NCBI GenBank assembly: GCA_964598245.1
Contig: CAZRAX010000002.1
Coordinates: forward strand, 5,124-41,634
Source of the DNA: an uncultured Candidatus Saccharibacteria bacterium
GTDB lineage: Bacteria; Patescibacteriota; Minisyncoccia; Phycocordibacterales; JAACPR01
DNA length: 36,511 nucleotides
Direction of reading: 5' to 3'
Within the stretch, counting starts at the first letter, position 1; each line of letters opens with the position of its first letter. Under the pieces are notes generated by a model. It was not told the origin of the DNA. It made no database searches and saw only the letters and a list, made by a program, of their open reading frames with translations. This document shows, piece by piece, positions 8,595-17,511 of this stretch. Position numbers and translations under genes: made by a program.

Positions 8595-8634
8595 AAAATC
8601 GACTTTTATAAAAAAATAAGGCAAACTATTTTTA

Positions 8635-9417
8635 ATGCAAACAAAAATAAAAGCTAAAAAATCTCTAGGGCAAAACTTTTTAAAATCAAAGAGAATTTTA
8701 GAAGAAATTGTTCGAGTTGGCGAAATTTCTAATCAAGATTTTGTTATTGAAATTGGTCCAGGGAAAGGTTCCTTAACTAAAAAAATACTGGAGACTGGTG
8801 CAAAAGTTTGGGCATTTGAAAAAGATTCCAGACTGATTAATCTATTAGAAGAAAAATTTTTCAAAGAAATTAACAGTGGCCAATTAACGATTTTGGAAAA
8901 GGATATTTTAAATTTTGATTTAGAACAAATTAATAAAAAATATAAATTAATTGCAAATATTCCGTACTACATAACGGGTGAAATTTTAGAAAAGTTTTTA
9001 TCAAGCAATAAACAACCAACTTCTGCTGTTTTGATGGTTCAAAAAGAAGTTGCTGATAGAATTATTGCTCGCGACAACAAAGAAAGCTTACTTTCAATTT
9101 CAGTTAAAATTTATTGCCAACCAAAATACATTAAAAAGGTTCCAGCGAAATTATTTTCACCCCAACCAAAAGTAGATTCAGCAATAATTAAATTAAATAA
9201 AATTTCAAAAGAAAGATTTGAATTAAGTAAAATTTCAGAAAAAGAATTTTTTCAAATGGTTAAAACTGGATTTTCTCATAAAAGAAAATATCTAATTTCA
9301 AATTTAAAAAAAGTGTCACAAAATATCGAACAAAAATTTCAGAAATGCCAAATTAATAATAAAATAAGGGCAGAAAAATTATCTACTGAGGATTGGATTT
9401 GTTTACTAAAAAATTAA
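8635..9417 (+). CDS. rsmA: 16S rRNA (adenine1518/1519-N6)-dimethyltransferase
   Basis: KKSLGQNFL, the SAM-binding EIGPGKGSLT and the NIPYYIT motifs are typical of KsgA/RsmA. Confidence 0.95.
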   Translation: MQTKIKAKKSLGQNFLKSKRILEEIVRVGEISNQDFVIEIGPGKGSLTKKILETGAKVWAFEKDSRLINLLEEKFFKEINSGQLTILEKDILNFDLEQINKKYKLIANIPYYITGEILEKFLSSNKQPTSAVLMVQKEVADRIIARDNKESLLSISVKIYCQPKYIKKVPAKLFSPQPKVDSAIIKLNKISKERFELSKISEKEFFQMVKTGFSHKRKYLISNLKKVSQNIEQKFQKCQINNKIRAEKLSTEDWICLLKN

Positions 9418-9752
9418 GAAGTTCCAAAACCGGGATTGGGACCACCAATTATTCCATTATTTGAAATTGACTTACAGCTATCACCACTATAAATTAAACA
9501 AACACCAGCACCACCATAAGTCCCTAACTGATAAAGACCAGTAGGAGAACCGGAAAGCAATTTCGAGCCTGGACCATAAACTAAACGAAGAGACCCACCA
9601 GATGCATAATCTTGGATGAACAATAAAAGAGTCCCACTACAATTACAGAAAAAGGTTCCCGTTAACCTCCCCCCAAAATAAGCAGCTGAGGCACTATTGA
9701 ATGGTAAAAAAACTGTTGCTAAAAATATTAAACTAAAAATTATTTTTTTCAT
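9414..9752 (-). CDS. small secreted Gly/Cys-containing protein (hypothetical)
   Basis: The 112-aa protein has a signal peptide MKKIIFSLIFLATVFLPFNSASA|AY. The mature part is Gly-rich with 4 Cys. Its stop overlaps the rsmA stop by 4 nt (convergent). Confidence 0.55.
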   Translation of the reverse strand: MKKIIFSLIFLATVFLPFNSASAAYFGGRLTGTFFCNCSGTLLLFIQDYASGGSLRLVYGPGSKLLSGSPTGLYQLGTYGGAGVCLIYSGDSCKSISNNGIIGGPNPGFGTS

Positions 9753-9755
9753 ATT

Positions 9756-10790
9756 TTAATTATTAACAAAATCAATAAATTCTAAATTAGAATGTCCGTT
9801 AGAATTTTTGACTTGAATCATTCCTTCAAAAATTTCTCCCTTACTATTCAAAACTGGTTGACCTTCAACAATAAATTCTAATCTACCCCCTTTTGCTTCA
9901 ACCTCGTAACTACCCAACGCAGTCATAACAGTATTAATATTTTCAAAATTATCTCCCTTAATAATAATTTTATCCCCGTATCTGACTGGTTCTCCGTTTG
10001 GTAAAGCAACATTATCAATTTGTGGGGGGGTTAAATCATCAACAATTTTGACAACAACGGGGTCTGATAAAACATCTCCATTTTTAACATATAAATCATA
10101 TTCTCCTTTATCAAGATTTGGAGTGTCAAAATACATAAAATTAAATTGGCGATCAATATTATCAATAATTTTTTCTTTATTTTCATTTTTGAATAAAATT
10201 TCAGAATCATCGTCAATATTATCAGCAACAATTAACAAATCATCGCCCACCTCAACAACTTCAAAAGAAATAAACTGAATTTTTGACTTATTCTCTTTGA
10301 ATTCTTCTGAATTTGAAATTTCAATTGAAACAGGATCTAAAAGAGCAGGATCTGAATTTGATGATTCAATTAAATCAACAGGTGGGCTTGTCGGCTGAAT
10401 AGCAGGAGCAACCGGTGTTTCAATAACAACAGAGTTTTTAACCAAACCATTAATGAAATTTCTAGTGCTTGGACCAAAATAACCAGTACCACTAGTCAAG
10501 CCAACCGGTATCAAAACTTGCTGACGATATTTATTTTGAAATTTAGCAACCGCTTGTTTGGTTAACTCTCCATAATAGTTTGTTTCTTGACCAACTGAAC
10601 CTACCCCAGAAAGAGAAACCATTGTTGCTGGATCTTGATTCAAAAACTTTTGAAGCATCAGAACATCTTGGCCAGTACTTCCAACATTCAAACTTCTATA
10701 AAAATAAAAAGATTGTGCAGAAACAAAAACAGGAGAAGAAATTAAAATTGATAAAACGATAATAAAAAATAATTTTTGATAATTGTTCAT
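9756..10790 (-). CDS. secreted protein with an N-terminal peptidoglycan-binding (PG_binding_1-like) domain and a beta-rich C-terminal region
   Basis: The signal peptide (LSILISSPVFVSA|QS) is followed by GSTGQDVLMLQKFLN...YYGELTKQAVAKFQNKY, the classical PG-binding repeat. The C-terminus is rich in short beta-strand-like segments (possibly Ig-like). Confidence 0.7.
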   Translation of the reverse strand: MNNYQKLFFIIVLSILISSPVFVSAQSFYFYRSLNVGSTGQDVLMLQKFLNQDPATMVSLSGVGSVGQETNYYGELTKQAVAKFQNKYRQQVLIPVGLTSGTGYFGPSTRNFINGLVKNSVVIETPVAPAIQPTSPPVDLIESSNSDPALLDPVSIEISNSEEFKENKSKIQFISFEVVEVGDDLLIVADNIDDDSEILFKNENKEKIIDNIDRQFNFMYFDTPNLDKGEYDLYVKNGDVLSDPVVVKIVDDLTPPQIDNVALPNGEPVRYGDKIIIKGDNFENINTVMTALGSYEVEAKGGRLEFIVEGQPVLNSKGEIFEGMIQVKNSNGHSNLEFIDFVNN

Positions 10791-10816
10791 TACTTTATAA
10801 TCATATCATTTATTTT

Positions 10817-10825
10817 TGTTATAAT
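10817..10825 (+). promoter_or_regulatory. extended -10 element TGtTATAAT, 6 nt upstream of the first gene of the T4SS-like operon
   Basis: The sequence reads tttTGtTATAATaaaagcATG (ATG at 10832). Confidence 0.55.
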
Positions 10826-10831
10826 AAAAGC

Positions 10832-11767
10832 ATGAAATTACCAAGCCCTCGAGCGTCTCTTATTATTCTTTTGGTTGTCATTATTTCAACAGTAATTACT
10901 GTTGTATTTAGTCAACAAAAAAATAATAGCGACCCAATAATTTCAGCTCCAGATTTACTTGTTGAATCAAAAATCAGCCCTTCTTATTCAGAAAAAGATA
11001 CTGACAAAGATGGACTGTTTGATTGGGAAGAAGTTTTGTGGGGAACAGATCCAGAATTGGCAGATACAGATGGTGACGGGACAAACGATAAAGAAGAAAT
11101 TGACTCGGACAGAAATCCTTTGGTTGCAGGACCCGATGATAAAAATATTTCAGCAGAAGACAAAATTGTAAGTCAATTAGAAGAAAAAGGTTTTGATAAA
11201 GAAGGTCTAACTAGCCAAGTCTCTTCTAGTTTTGCTGAAAATTATTTCAAAACTAGAAATGGTCAAGATTTATCGGAATCACAAAAACAAATTTTAATTC
11301 AAAACATTAGCCAAGAAGCAATAGAAAAAATAAAAATTGAACCAATTTATTCAAATAATTCTTTAAAAACCTTCACTGATGACAAAAACAAACTTATTTT
11401 TTATGCTGACAAAACTTTTTCAATTCAAATTTTGATTCTGGCAGGAGCAATTGAAAATAGTCAAAATCCAAATCATATTAAAATGGGTGACTATATAATC
11501 TCTTTGTCAAACGAACTAATGAGACTAGAAGTTCCACAAGAAATTGTTAGCCAACACACACAACTGGCTAATAATTATTATCAATTAGGATCAATTATCA
11601 AAGATTTTGTAAAAGAAGATGAAGATCCGTTATATGTAATGCTACTTTTAAATATTTATCAAAATATAGAACAAGATATCAACATTTTAAGTAATGAAAT
11701 TAGTAATTTTTTGTCAGAAAATGGTATAATAATTGAAGAAAACCAAATAAAAATAAAGAATGAATAG
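10832..11767 (+). CDS. membrane-anchored protein with thrombospondin-type-3-like Ca-binding Asp repeats (hypothetical)
   Basis: The N-terminal anchor (LIILLVVIISTVITVVF) is followed by DTDKDGLFDWEE, DTDGDGTNDKEE and DSDRNP, which are DxDxDG-type repeats. The C-terminal part looks helical. Confidence 0.6.
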   Translation: MKLPSPRASLIILLVVIISTVITVVFSQQKNNSDPIISAPDLLVESKISPSYSEKDTDKDGLFDWEEVLWGTDPELADTDGDGTNDKEEIDSDRNPLVAGPDDKNISAEDKIVSQLEEKGFDKEGLTSQVSSSFAENYFKTRNGQDLSESQKQILIQNISQEAIEKIKIEPIYSNNSLKTFTDDKNKLIFYADKTFSIQILILAGAIENSQNPNHIKMGDYIISLSNELMRLEVPQEIVSQHTQLANNYYQLGSIIKDFVKEDEDPLYVMLLLNIYQNIEQDINILSNEISNFLSENGIIIEENQIKIKNE

Positions 11768-13037
11768 GTTAAAATTATCTAAAAAAATATTTGCTGTTGT
11801 ATCTCTTTTGGTGTCCCTTGGAATTATTTTTCCACATAGCTTAAATGCTCAAACCTTATCCAATCCCTTAAATGTTACTAGCGATAGTGTTTCAAGAGTT
11901 TCAGATATAAATAGTTTTGATTTAAACCAAAATGTTGAAAGTTGTATGCAAGAGCTGGTAACAGGAAACTTGATTACCTCACTTTCTAATAGTACATTTA
12001 GTGGTTTAACAGATGGTTTGATTAGTAATTTGGTCAGGGGTGTTGGTGGATCTATTAGTGATGTACTCGGTGGAATAGATTTATCTGGTGGTATCAGCAA
12101 CTTAAGAGAATTAAGCCTTGTTAACATTAATCAAGCAATCGGTGCAAACCTTCCAAGTTTTGAATCTGCTCTTGGAACATTAAATAGCACACTTGGTGGT
12201 ATTGGTGGTGGTGCAGGTGGGACATTAGGAAGTATTGGCGGTGTTTTAAGTGGTGGCGGCGAAGTTCCGGTTAACGATGGTGTTGTCCGAACAATCAATC
12301 AACAAATTAGTCAAACAAACCAAGGAATTCTACAAGACACAACAAACTTAACAAATAAAGAAACTGGTGTTGGTGGTATTTCTCTTGATGCTATTGCTGT
12401 ATGTTTGGCCAGCAAAACAATCGGTGGAATATTGGAAGGAACAATTGATTGGATTAATACTGGATTTGATGGTAACCCCGTTTTTGTTGATGACCCAGCC
12501 AAATTTTTTGGAGATATTGCTGATTACGAATTGGGCCTTTTTGTAGATGATTTAACTGGTGGAATTTTGTGTGACCACCTGAGTGTTAGTGTAACAACTG
12601 ATTTGGTCAATAATTATACAAATCAAAAATTCGGCAGACCATCTCGTTGTACGCTCTCTGATGTTTCTGAAAATGTAAGGGCCTTTGCTGACGGTGATTT
12701 TAGTGCTGGAGGTTGGGATGCGTTTTTGGAATACACACAAAATCCGTATAATAATTCTTACGGTGCAAGAATTACAGCACAAAGTGATTTAGATTCTAGA
12801 ATTTCTAGATCTCAGGCCTTGGCCGAATGGGAACTAGACAAGAATGATGGATATCTAAGTATTAGAAATCCTGAAACAGGTGAAATAACAACGCCAGGAA
12901 GTATTGTTAAGTCGCAAGTTGAGAATAGACTTAATGCACCAATCAATCGCCTGACTTTCGCTGATGAGTTTGATGAGATTATGAATTCAATGGTCAATCA
13001 ATTTATAAAAATTTCGATTGGTGAATTGTTTGAATAA
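11760..13037 (+). CDS. secreted Gly-rich protein (hypothetical; T4SS-like cluster component)
   Basis: The signal peptide is LVSLGIIFPHSLNA|QT. Gly-rich stretches (LGGIGGGAGGTLGSIGGVLSGGG) and 4 conserved-looking Cys follow. It overlaps the upstream gene by 8 nt. Confidence 0.6.
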   Translation: MNRLKLSKKIFAVVSLLVSLGIIFPHSLNAQTLSNPLNVTSDSVSRVSDINSFDLNQNVESCMQELVTGNLITSLSNSTFSGLTDGLISNLVRGVGGSISDVLGGIDLSGGISNLRELSLVNINQAIGANLPSFESALGTLNSTLGGIGGGAGGTLGSIGGVLSGGGEVPVNDGVVRTINQQISQTNQGILQDTTNLTNKETGVGGISLDAIAVCLASKTIGGILEGTIDWINTGFDGNPVFVDDPAKFFGDIADYELGLFVDDLTGGILCDHLSVSVTTDLVNNYTNQKFGRPSRCTLSDVSENVRAFADGDFSAGGWDAFLEYTQNPYNNSYGARITAQSDLDSRISRSQALAEWELDKNDGYLSIRNPETGEITTPGSIVKSQVENRLNAPINRLTFADEFDEIMNSMVNQFIKISIGELFE

Positions 13038-13053
13038 TATAAATAAATAAAAA

Positions 13054-15402
13054 ATGTTTTTGGGGGAAAATAAAAAAATAAATAAAAAAATCGGAATAGG
13101 AATTCTTCTTTTCTTTTTTATTTTCTCTGTTTTGGGTGATTTTAATTTTGTAGAAAGTGCAGAACCAGTAACAAGGAACAGAAACGTTGAGGGCGCGGGA
13201 GAATTTGAAAGAGGAGGTATTGTAAACGCACACCAAAAAAAGAGTTCTAATCAAGAAGTAAGTCAGGCAGAAATTGAAAAATTACTTGAAGAAAGAGATG
13301 CGGCACTTAATGAAATTAGAGAGGTGCGACAAGAATCTAATCGCTGTTATCCAGGAGGAAGCGGTACCAGAATCTCTGATGAGTCATGTGAGGAATTAAG
13401 CTACTACTTAACAAAAGTAGCTTCATTAAGAACCCAAGCCAACCAAAAAAATGATGAGGCAAGAAGAATTGCATCTAGAAATGAATCTCTTTGGGAGTGG
13501 TATGTTGGAGCTTTTAATGATTTTTACAACAACCCCAGTGAGGGGGGTTGTGGAGTGCTTGAAGTCGGTTGCTGGTTAGAAAAAGCCACTGAAAATTTCC
13601 TTGGTTTAATTGCAAACTTTTTCATTGGCGCCTCTGGTATGGTTTTATGGTTTTCGGGAATTGTTTTGAATGCCGCAGTCTTTTTTAGTATTGAACAAAT
13701 GTCCAATTTAATAAACGGTGAAGGAGGTGAGGGGATCAGGAATGCCTGGACAATGATCAGAGATTTAATAAATATATTATTTATTTTTGGACTTTTATAC
13801 ATTTCCATAGGAACAATTATTGGTCGTCTTAGTGGCAAGACTAAAAATATGTTGGTTGGAATTATTGCTGCGGCAATTTTGATTAACTTTAGTTTCTTAT
13901 TTACAACTGTTCTGATAGATGTTTCTAATTATTTAACAGTTGAGATGAAAAACCTGCTCGGAGAATGTTCACAAATCGGAGCAGGACCAGAAACCAGCCA
14001 GGGGGCAGGGGCTGGCACAACAGGAGGTTCAATCAAAGAGTCTCTTAATAAATCTAATTACAACAAGGGAATAAGTAATTGTTTTGTCGATTCAGTTAAA
14101 ATCCAAACAGCCTTTAATCCAGAAACAGAAGGGGGTATTGCAAATGTTGTCAACGCCTCTCAATCAACAACAGGAAAGGTTATAAAAATACTAATTGGAG
14201 GAATTATGGGATCGGTATTCCTAATCCTTACTGCTGTTGTTTTCTTGGCATTAGCAATATTGTTATTTATCAGATTTATTTTATTAATCTTCTTAATTAT
14301 TACTTCACCTGCGATGTTTTTGGGAATGATCTTACCTAATTTTACAGAAATTTCTAAAACATGGTTTAAAACCCTACAAAACCAATTAATCTGGGCGCCT
14401 CTGGCTTTCCTTTTCTTGTTTATCAGTCTTACAATTGCAAGGAGTATGAGCCTTGTTGGGTCAAGCGGAGACTTATCCGGTACAGTTGCGGGAGGAGCAG
14501 AAAACATATCTGTTATAATTAATTATCTTTTAGTTATTGGTTTTATGCTTGCTTCAATATTGATTGCCAAAAAAACTGGTGCAGCAGGAGCTGACTGGTC
14601 AACCCAAAAAGCAGGTAACGTAGTCTTTGGTGGACTTGGTAAGATCGGTAGAAACACAGTCGGTAGAGCCGCATCTAGGGCCGCAGAAAATATGAAGGGG
14701 ACAGGAATGGTGTCTCGGCTTAGCAAAGCAGGACTAAAAAATATTGGCAATAGCACATTTGATGCTAGAAACAGTACGGCTGTTTCTGCTGGATTTTCTG
14801 GTATTGGTAAAGCAACAGGAGTAAACATAGATACAGGAAAAGGTTCCAAGAGTGGCTTTACAAAACTAAACCAAGAAAAAGTTAAAAAATACAAAGAAGA
14901 GGCAAAGGAATTTGGTGAACTAAGTAGATCTGAAAAAATAAAGATTACCGAAAATAGAGGAAAAATAAATACAAAATATGAAAATGAACTAAGTGGAATC
15001 AAAAATGCCCAAGGCAGAGTTACAAATAGTGAAAATAGTCTAAAGTCTATTAAAAAACAGATGAAAAAAGCCAAAAAGACTGACAGAGCAGAATACGATC
15101 GATTATCTGTTGAAAAAGAAAGATTTGAAGAGGGAATAGATAGAGACAAGGAATTTATTAAGCAACAAAAGGCTGTAATAGAAAATGACGAACTTTCAAA
15201 AGAAATCAGGGACACTGAAAAGAAAGCCGAAAAACGACAAGAAGACTTTCTAAACAATGTTCTAAGTAAGGTTTATAGACCGGCCGGCAGAGACGCCAGA
15301 AGAGAAATATTAGAAGAAAAAGAGAAAAAAAAGAAACAGGGCTCTGTAGAAAAAATTACCCAGGAAGTTATAGCTGGTATAAAAAAAGATGATGATAAAT
15401 AA
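13054..15402 (+). CDS. VirB6/TrbL-like polytopic membrane protein with a long Lys/Glu-rich coiled-coil C-terminal tail
   Basis: The 782-aa protein has about 6-7 hydrophobic helices between residues ~180 and 500 (for example GLIANFFIGASGMVLWFSGIVLNAAVFF, VFLILTAVVFLALAILLFIRFILLIFLIITSPAMFLGMILP and LIWAPLAFLFLFISLTIA). A ~270-aa charged tail follows. The size, topology and position immediately upstream of VirB3/VirB4-like genes resemble PrgH/TcpH/ConG. Confidence 0.6.
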   Translation: MFLGENKKINKKIGIGILLFFFIFSVLGDFNFVESAEPVTRNRNVEGAGEFERGGIVNAHQKKSSNQEVSQAEIEKLLEERDAALNEIREVRQESNRCYPGGSGTRISDESCEELSYYLTKVASLRTQANQKNDEARRIASRNESLWEWYVGAFNDFYNNPSEGGCGVLEVGCWLEKATENFLGLIANFFIGASGMVLWFSGIVLNAAVFFSIEQMSNLINGEGGEGIRNAWTMIRDLINILFIFGLLYISIGTIIGRLSGKTKNMLVGIIAAAILINFSFLFTTVLIDVSNYLTVEMKNLLGECSQIGAGPETSQGAGAGTTGGSIKESLNKSNYNKGISNCFVDSVKIQTAFNPETEGGIANVVNASQSTTGKVIKILIGGIMGSVFLILTAVVFLALAILLFIRFILLIFLIITSPAMFLGMILPNFTEISKTWFKTLQNQLIWAPLAFLFLFISLTIARSMSLVGSSGDLSGTVAGGAENISVIINYLLVIGFMLASILIAKKTGAAGADWSTQKAGNVVFGGLGKIGRNTVGRAASRAAENMKGTGMVSRLSKAGLKNIGNSTFDARNSTAVSAGFSGIGKATGVNIDTGKGSKSGFTKLNQEKVKKYKEEAKEFGELSRSEKIKITENRGKINTKYENELSGIKNAQGRVTNSENSLKSIKKQMKKAKKTDRAEYDRLSVEKERFEEGIDRDKEFIKQQKAVIENDELSKEIRDTEKKAEKRQEDFLNNVLSKVYRPAGRDARREILEEKEKKKKQGSVEKITQEVIAGIKKDDDK

Positions 15403-15414
15403 AAAATAATTATT

Positions 15415-16440
15415 ATGGGAGAAACAAAATTACAAAAGTTAATAAATGAAAACTATCAAAAACTACCACCCATAGTTCAGAATTTCGTTACCGAATCAGA
15501 TTGGCTAAAAATTCTTGAGGAAATTTTACAAGATAATAGTTTTTCTTTAGAACAAAATGATTCTATAGAAATGGAAACATTGCTAATGTTAATTGGTGTT
15601 TCTAACCCCAAAGAATACGCTCTGAACATTAAAAAAGAAGCTAATCTAACAATAGATGAAGCAATTTCAGTTGCTGAAGAAGTAAATGATAAAATTTATC
15701 AAAAACTTATAAAAAAAATAATTACAGAGTCAGAAAAACAAGCCGGTTTACCTGAAAATCCTTTGAAAGAAATATTGGGGGAAGACGAAGAAATTTTGAC
15801 AATGTTTCCCCAAATAAATTTAGATTTAGAAGAGGACGAAGAAGACCAAAGAAAAGAATTGGTTGGAGAATTAAGCCAAGATATTCAAATCGACAGTAAC
15901 GAAGAGGTTGAGGATGAATTAATGATTATTGATCAAGAAACAAAAACCCCAGTGCTAGAAAACATTCCTACAAAACCACAACAACAAAGTGAATTACTCC
16001 CAGAAGAAAATAAAAAAGAACTTGACCAAAACAAAGTCCCACCAAACAAGGTACCTCTAAGAAAAGACCAGATCCCAAACCCAAGAATTATCCAAAGTTC
16101 TTTTACTAGAAAAGAAAATAGCTTGCCAGATTTACAACCACTCAGAACGCTAGAAAAAGATTCTGAAAGGTTTGGCCATCCAATTTCTGAAAAACTTTCA
16201 AAGGAAACCACCCAAAGAGCAAAGTCAGAAGAAGCATCAATAAAACAAGACGAGGCTACTCAAAAAACAGAGCCGTCGGCATCTATTGTTGAATCAGTAC
16301 CAAAATCACCTGCTTCAGAGAAACCGGCAGTGCCAGAACCAACCGCTCCAGAGAAACAATTTGTTGAATCAATGCCAGAGAAGCCCGCCCCAGAGCAAAC
16401 ACAAGCAGGAACAGACCCTTATAGAGAACCAATAGAATAA
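15415..16440 (+). CDS. acidic Pro/Glu-rich, largely low-complexity protein (hypothetical; no TM segment)
   Basis: In the 341-aa protein only the first ~110 aa look globular. The rest is E/D/P/K-rich (EEDEEDQRKE and PASEKPAVPEPTAPEKQFVESMPEKPAPEQ). Confidence 0.55.
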   Translation: MGETKLQKLINENYQKLPPIVQNFVTESDWLKILEEILQDNSFSLEQNDSIEMETLLMLIGVSNPKEYALNIKKEANLTIDEAISVAEEVNDKIYQKLIKKIITESEKQAGLPENPLKEILGEDEEILTMFPQINLDLEEDEEDQRKELVGELSQDIQIDSNEEVEDELMIIDQETKTPVLENIPTKPQQQSELLPEENKKELDQNKVPPNKVPLRKDQIPNPRIIQSSFTRKENSLPDLQPLRTLEKDSERFGHPISEKLSKETTQRAKSEEASIKQDEATQKTEPSASIVESVPKSPASEKPAVPEPTAPEKQFVESMPEKPAPEQTQAGTDPYREPIE

Positions 16441-16444
16441 AATC

Positions 16445-16864
16445 ATGAGATATCAAGTACCACAATTTATAGAAGTAGAAGATCGTCTTTTTGGGCCACT
16501 AACCCTAAAGCAATTTCTTTATGTTGCTGGCGGAGCAGCAGCTGGATTTATTATTTGGTCTATTATTCCTATTAAAATTATTGCTGTTATTATAGCTCTT
16601 CCTGTTGTTGCTTTTTTCCTGGCTTTAGCTTTTTACAAATATAATGGTCGTCCATTTGTTGTGACAGTTGAAAACTCTGTTAAATATTTCTTGGGTGACA
16701 AACTTTATATTTGGAAAAAAGAAGATAAAAAAATTGATCCCAATCAAACACCTGGAACAGATGTGTTTAGTACAGGCCTTGGGATTGGTGTTCCAAAACT
16801 TTCCGATAGTAATCTAAAAAAAATTTCCTTTGAATTAGATATTAATGAGAATTTAGAAGAATAA
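16445..16864 (+). CDS. PrgI-family (VirB3-like) small membrane protein
   Basis: MRYQVPQFIEVEDRLFGPLTLKQFLYVAGGAAAGFIIWSIIPIKIIAVIIALPVVAFFLALAF is the characteristic N-terminal motif plus two-TM hairpin of PrgI/TcpE-type VirB3 analogues. The gene lies directly upstream of VirB4. Confidence 0.7.
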   Translation: MRYQVPQFIEVEDRLFGPLTLKQFLYVAGGAAAGFIIWSIIPIKIIAVIIALPVVAFFLALAFYKYNGRPFVVTVENSVKYFLGDKLYIWKKEDKKIDPNQTPGTDVFSTGLGIGVPKLSDSNLKKISFELDINENLEE

Positions 16865-16866
16865 TT

Positions 16867-16875
16867 TGTTATAAT
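16867..16875 (+). promoter_or_regulatory. extended -10 element TGtTATAAT, 7 nt upstream of the 16883 ATG (internal operon promoter candidate)
   Basis: The sequence reads aatttTGtTATAATatttaaaATG. Confidence 0.5.
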
Positions 16876-16882
16876 ATTTAAA

Positions 16883-17503
16883 ATGTCAACAAAAGCAAGT
16901 CAAGAATTCATACCAATAAAAGAAGTCCGCGATGGAGTAATCATTTTGAAAGATGGTTCTATGCGAGCTATTGTTATGACCTCTTCCCTAAACTTTGATT
17001 TAAAATCAATAGACGAACAAGAATCAATTATTTTTGAATTCCAAAACTTCTTAAACTCTTTAGATTTTAGTGTTCAAATCAGCATTCAATCTAGAAGGCT
17101 AGACATTCGACCATATGTTTCAATGTTAGAAGATCGTCTAAAACAACAAACAAATGATCTAATGAAAGTTCAAATTAGAGAGTATATTCAATTTATTAGA
17201 ACTTTTACTGAAAACACTAATATTATGACAAAAAGTTTCTTTATTGTTGTTCCTTATTCACCAGCTAAAATTAATGTTGGTAAGGGCGGTATTTTTAGCA
17301 AAAAAAACAAAGATCTTGAAAAACAAAAGATAGAAAATTTTGAAGAAAACAAAAGCCAATTAGAACAAAGACTAGCAATTGTCGAGCAGGGAATTACTAG
17401 ATCAGGAATTAGAGCCGCCAGATTAGGAACAGAAGAATCAATTGAAATTTTTTATAAGCTATTTAATCCGGGAGATGTCGAAAGACCAATACCGCAACAA
17501 TAA
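16883..17503 (+). CDS. VirB4 N-terminal-domain-like protein (appears to be the detached N-terminus of a Gram-positive-type VirB4)
   Basis: SQEFIPIKEVRDGVIILKDGSMRAIVMTSSLNFDLKSIDEQESIIFEFQNFLNSLDFSVQISIQS matches, from my memory of the family, the extreme N-terminus of PrgJ/TrsE/Orf16-type VirB4 proteins. The ORF ends in TAA TAA, 8 nt before the next ORF, which is in a different frame. Confidence 0.5.
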   Translation: MSTKASQEFIPIKEVRDGVIILKDGSMRAIVMTSSLNFDLKSIDEQESIIFEFQNFLNSLDFSVQISIQSRRLDIRPYVSMLEDRLKQQTNDLMKVQIREYIQFIRTFTENTNIMTKSFFIVVPYSPAKINVGKGGIFSKKNKDLEKQKIENFEENKSQLEQRLAIVEQGITRSGIRAARLGTEESIEIFYKLFNPGDVERPIPQQ

Positions 17504-17511
17504 TAAACAAT

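Noticed and set aside
14523-15257. 244-aa minus-strand ORF inside the VirB6-like gene
   Set aside because: It is antisense to the Lys/Glu-rich coiled-coil region, so its translation is F/S/L-rich low complexity. This is the expected mirror artefact of an AAR/GAR-rich sense strand. It has no start context and no independent support.
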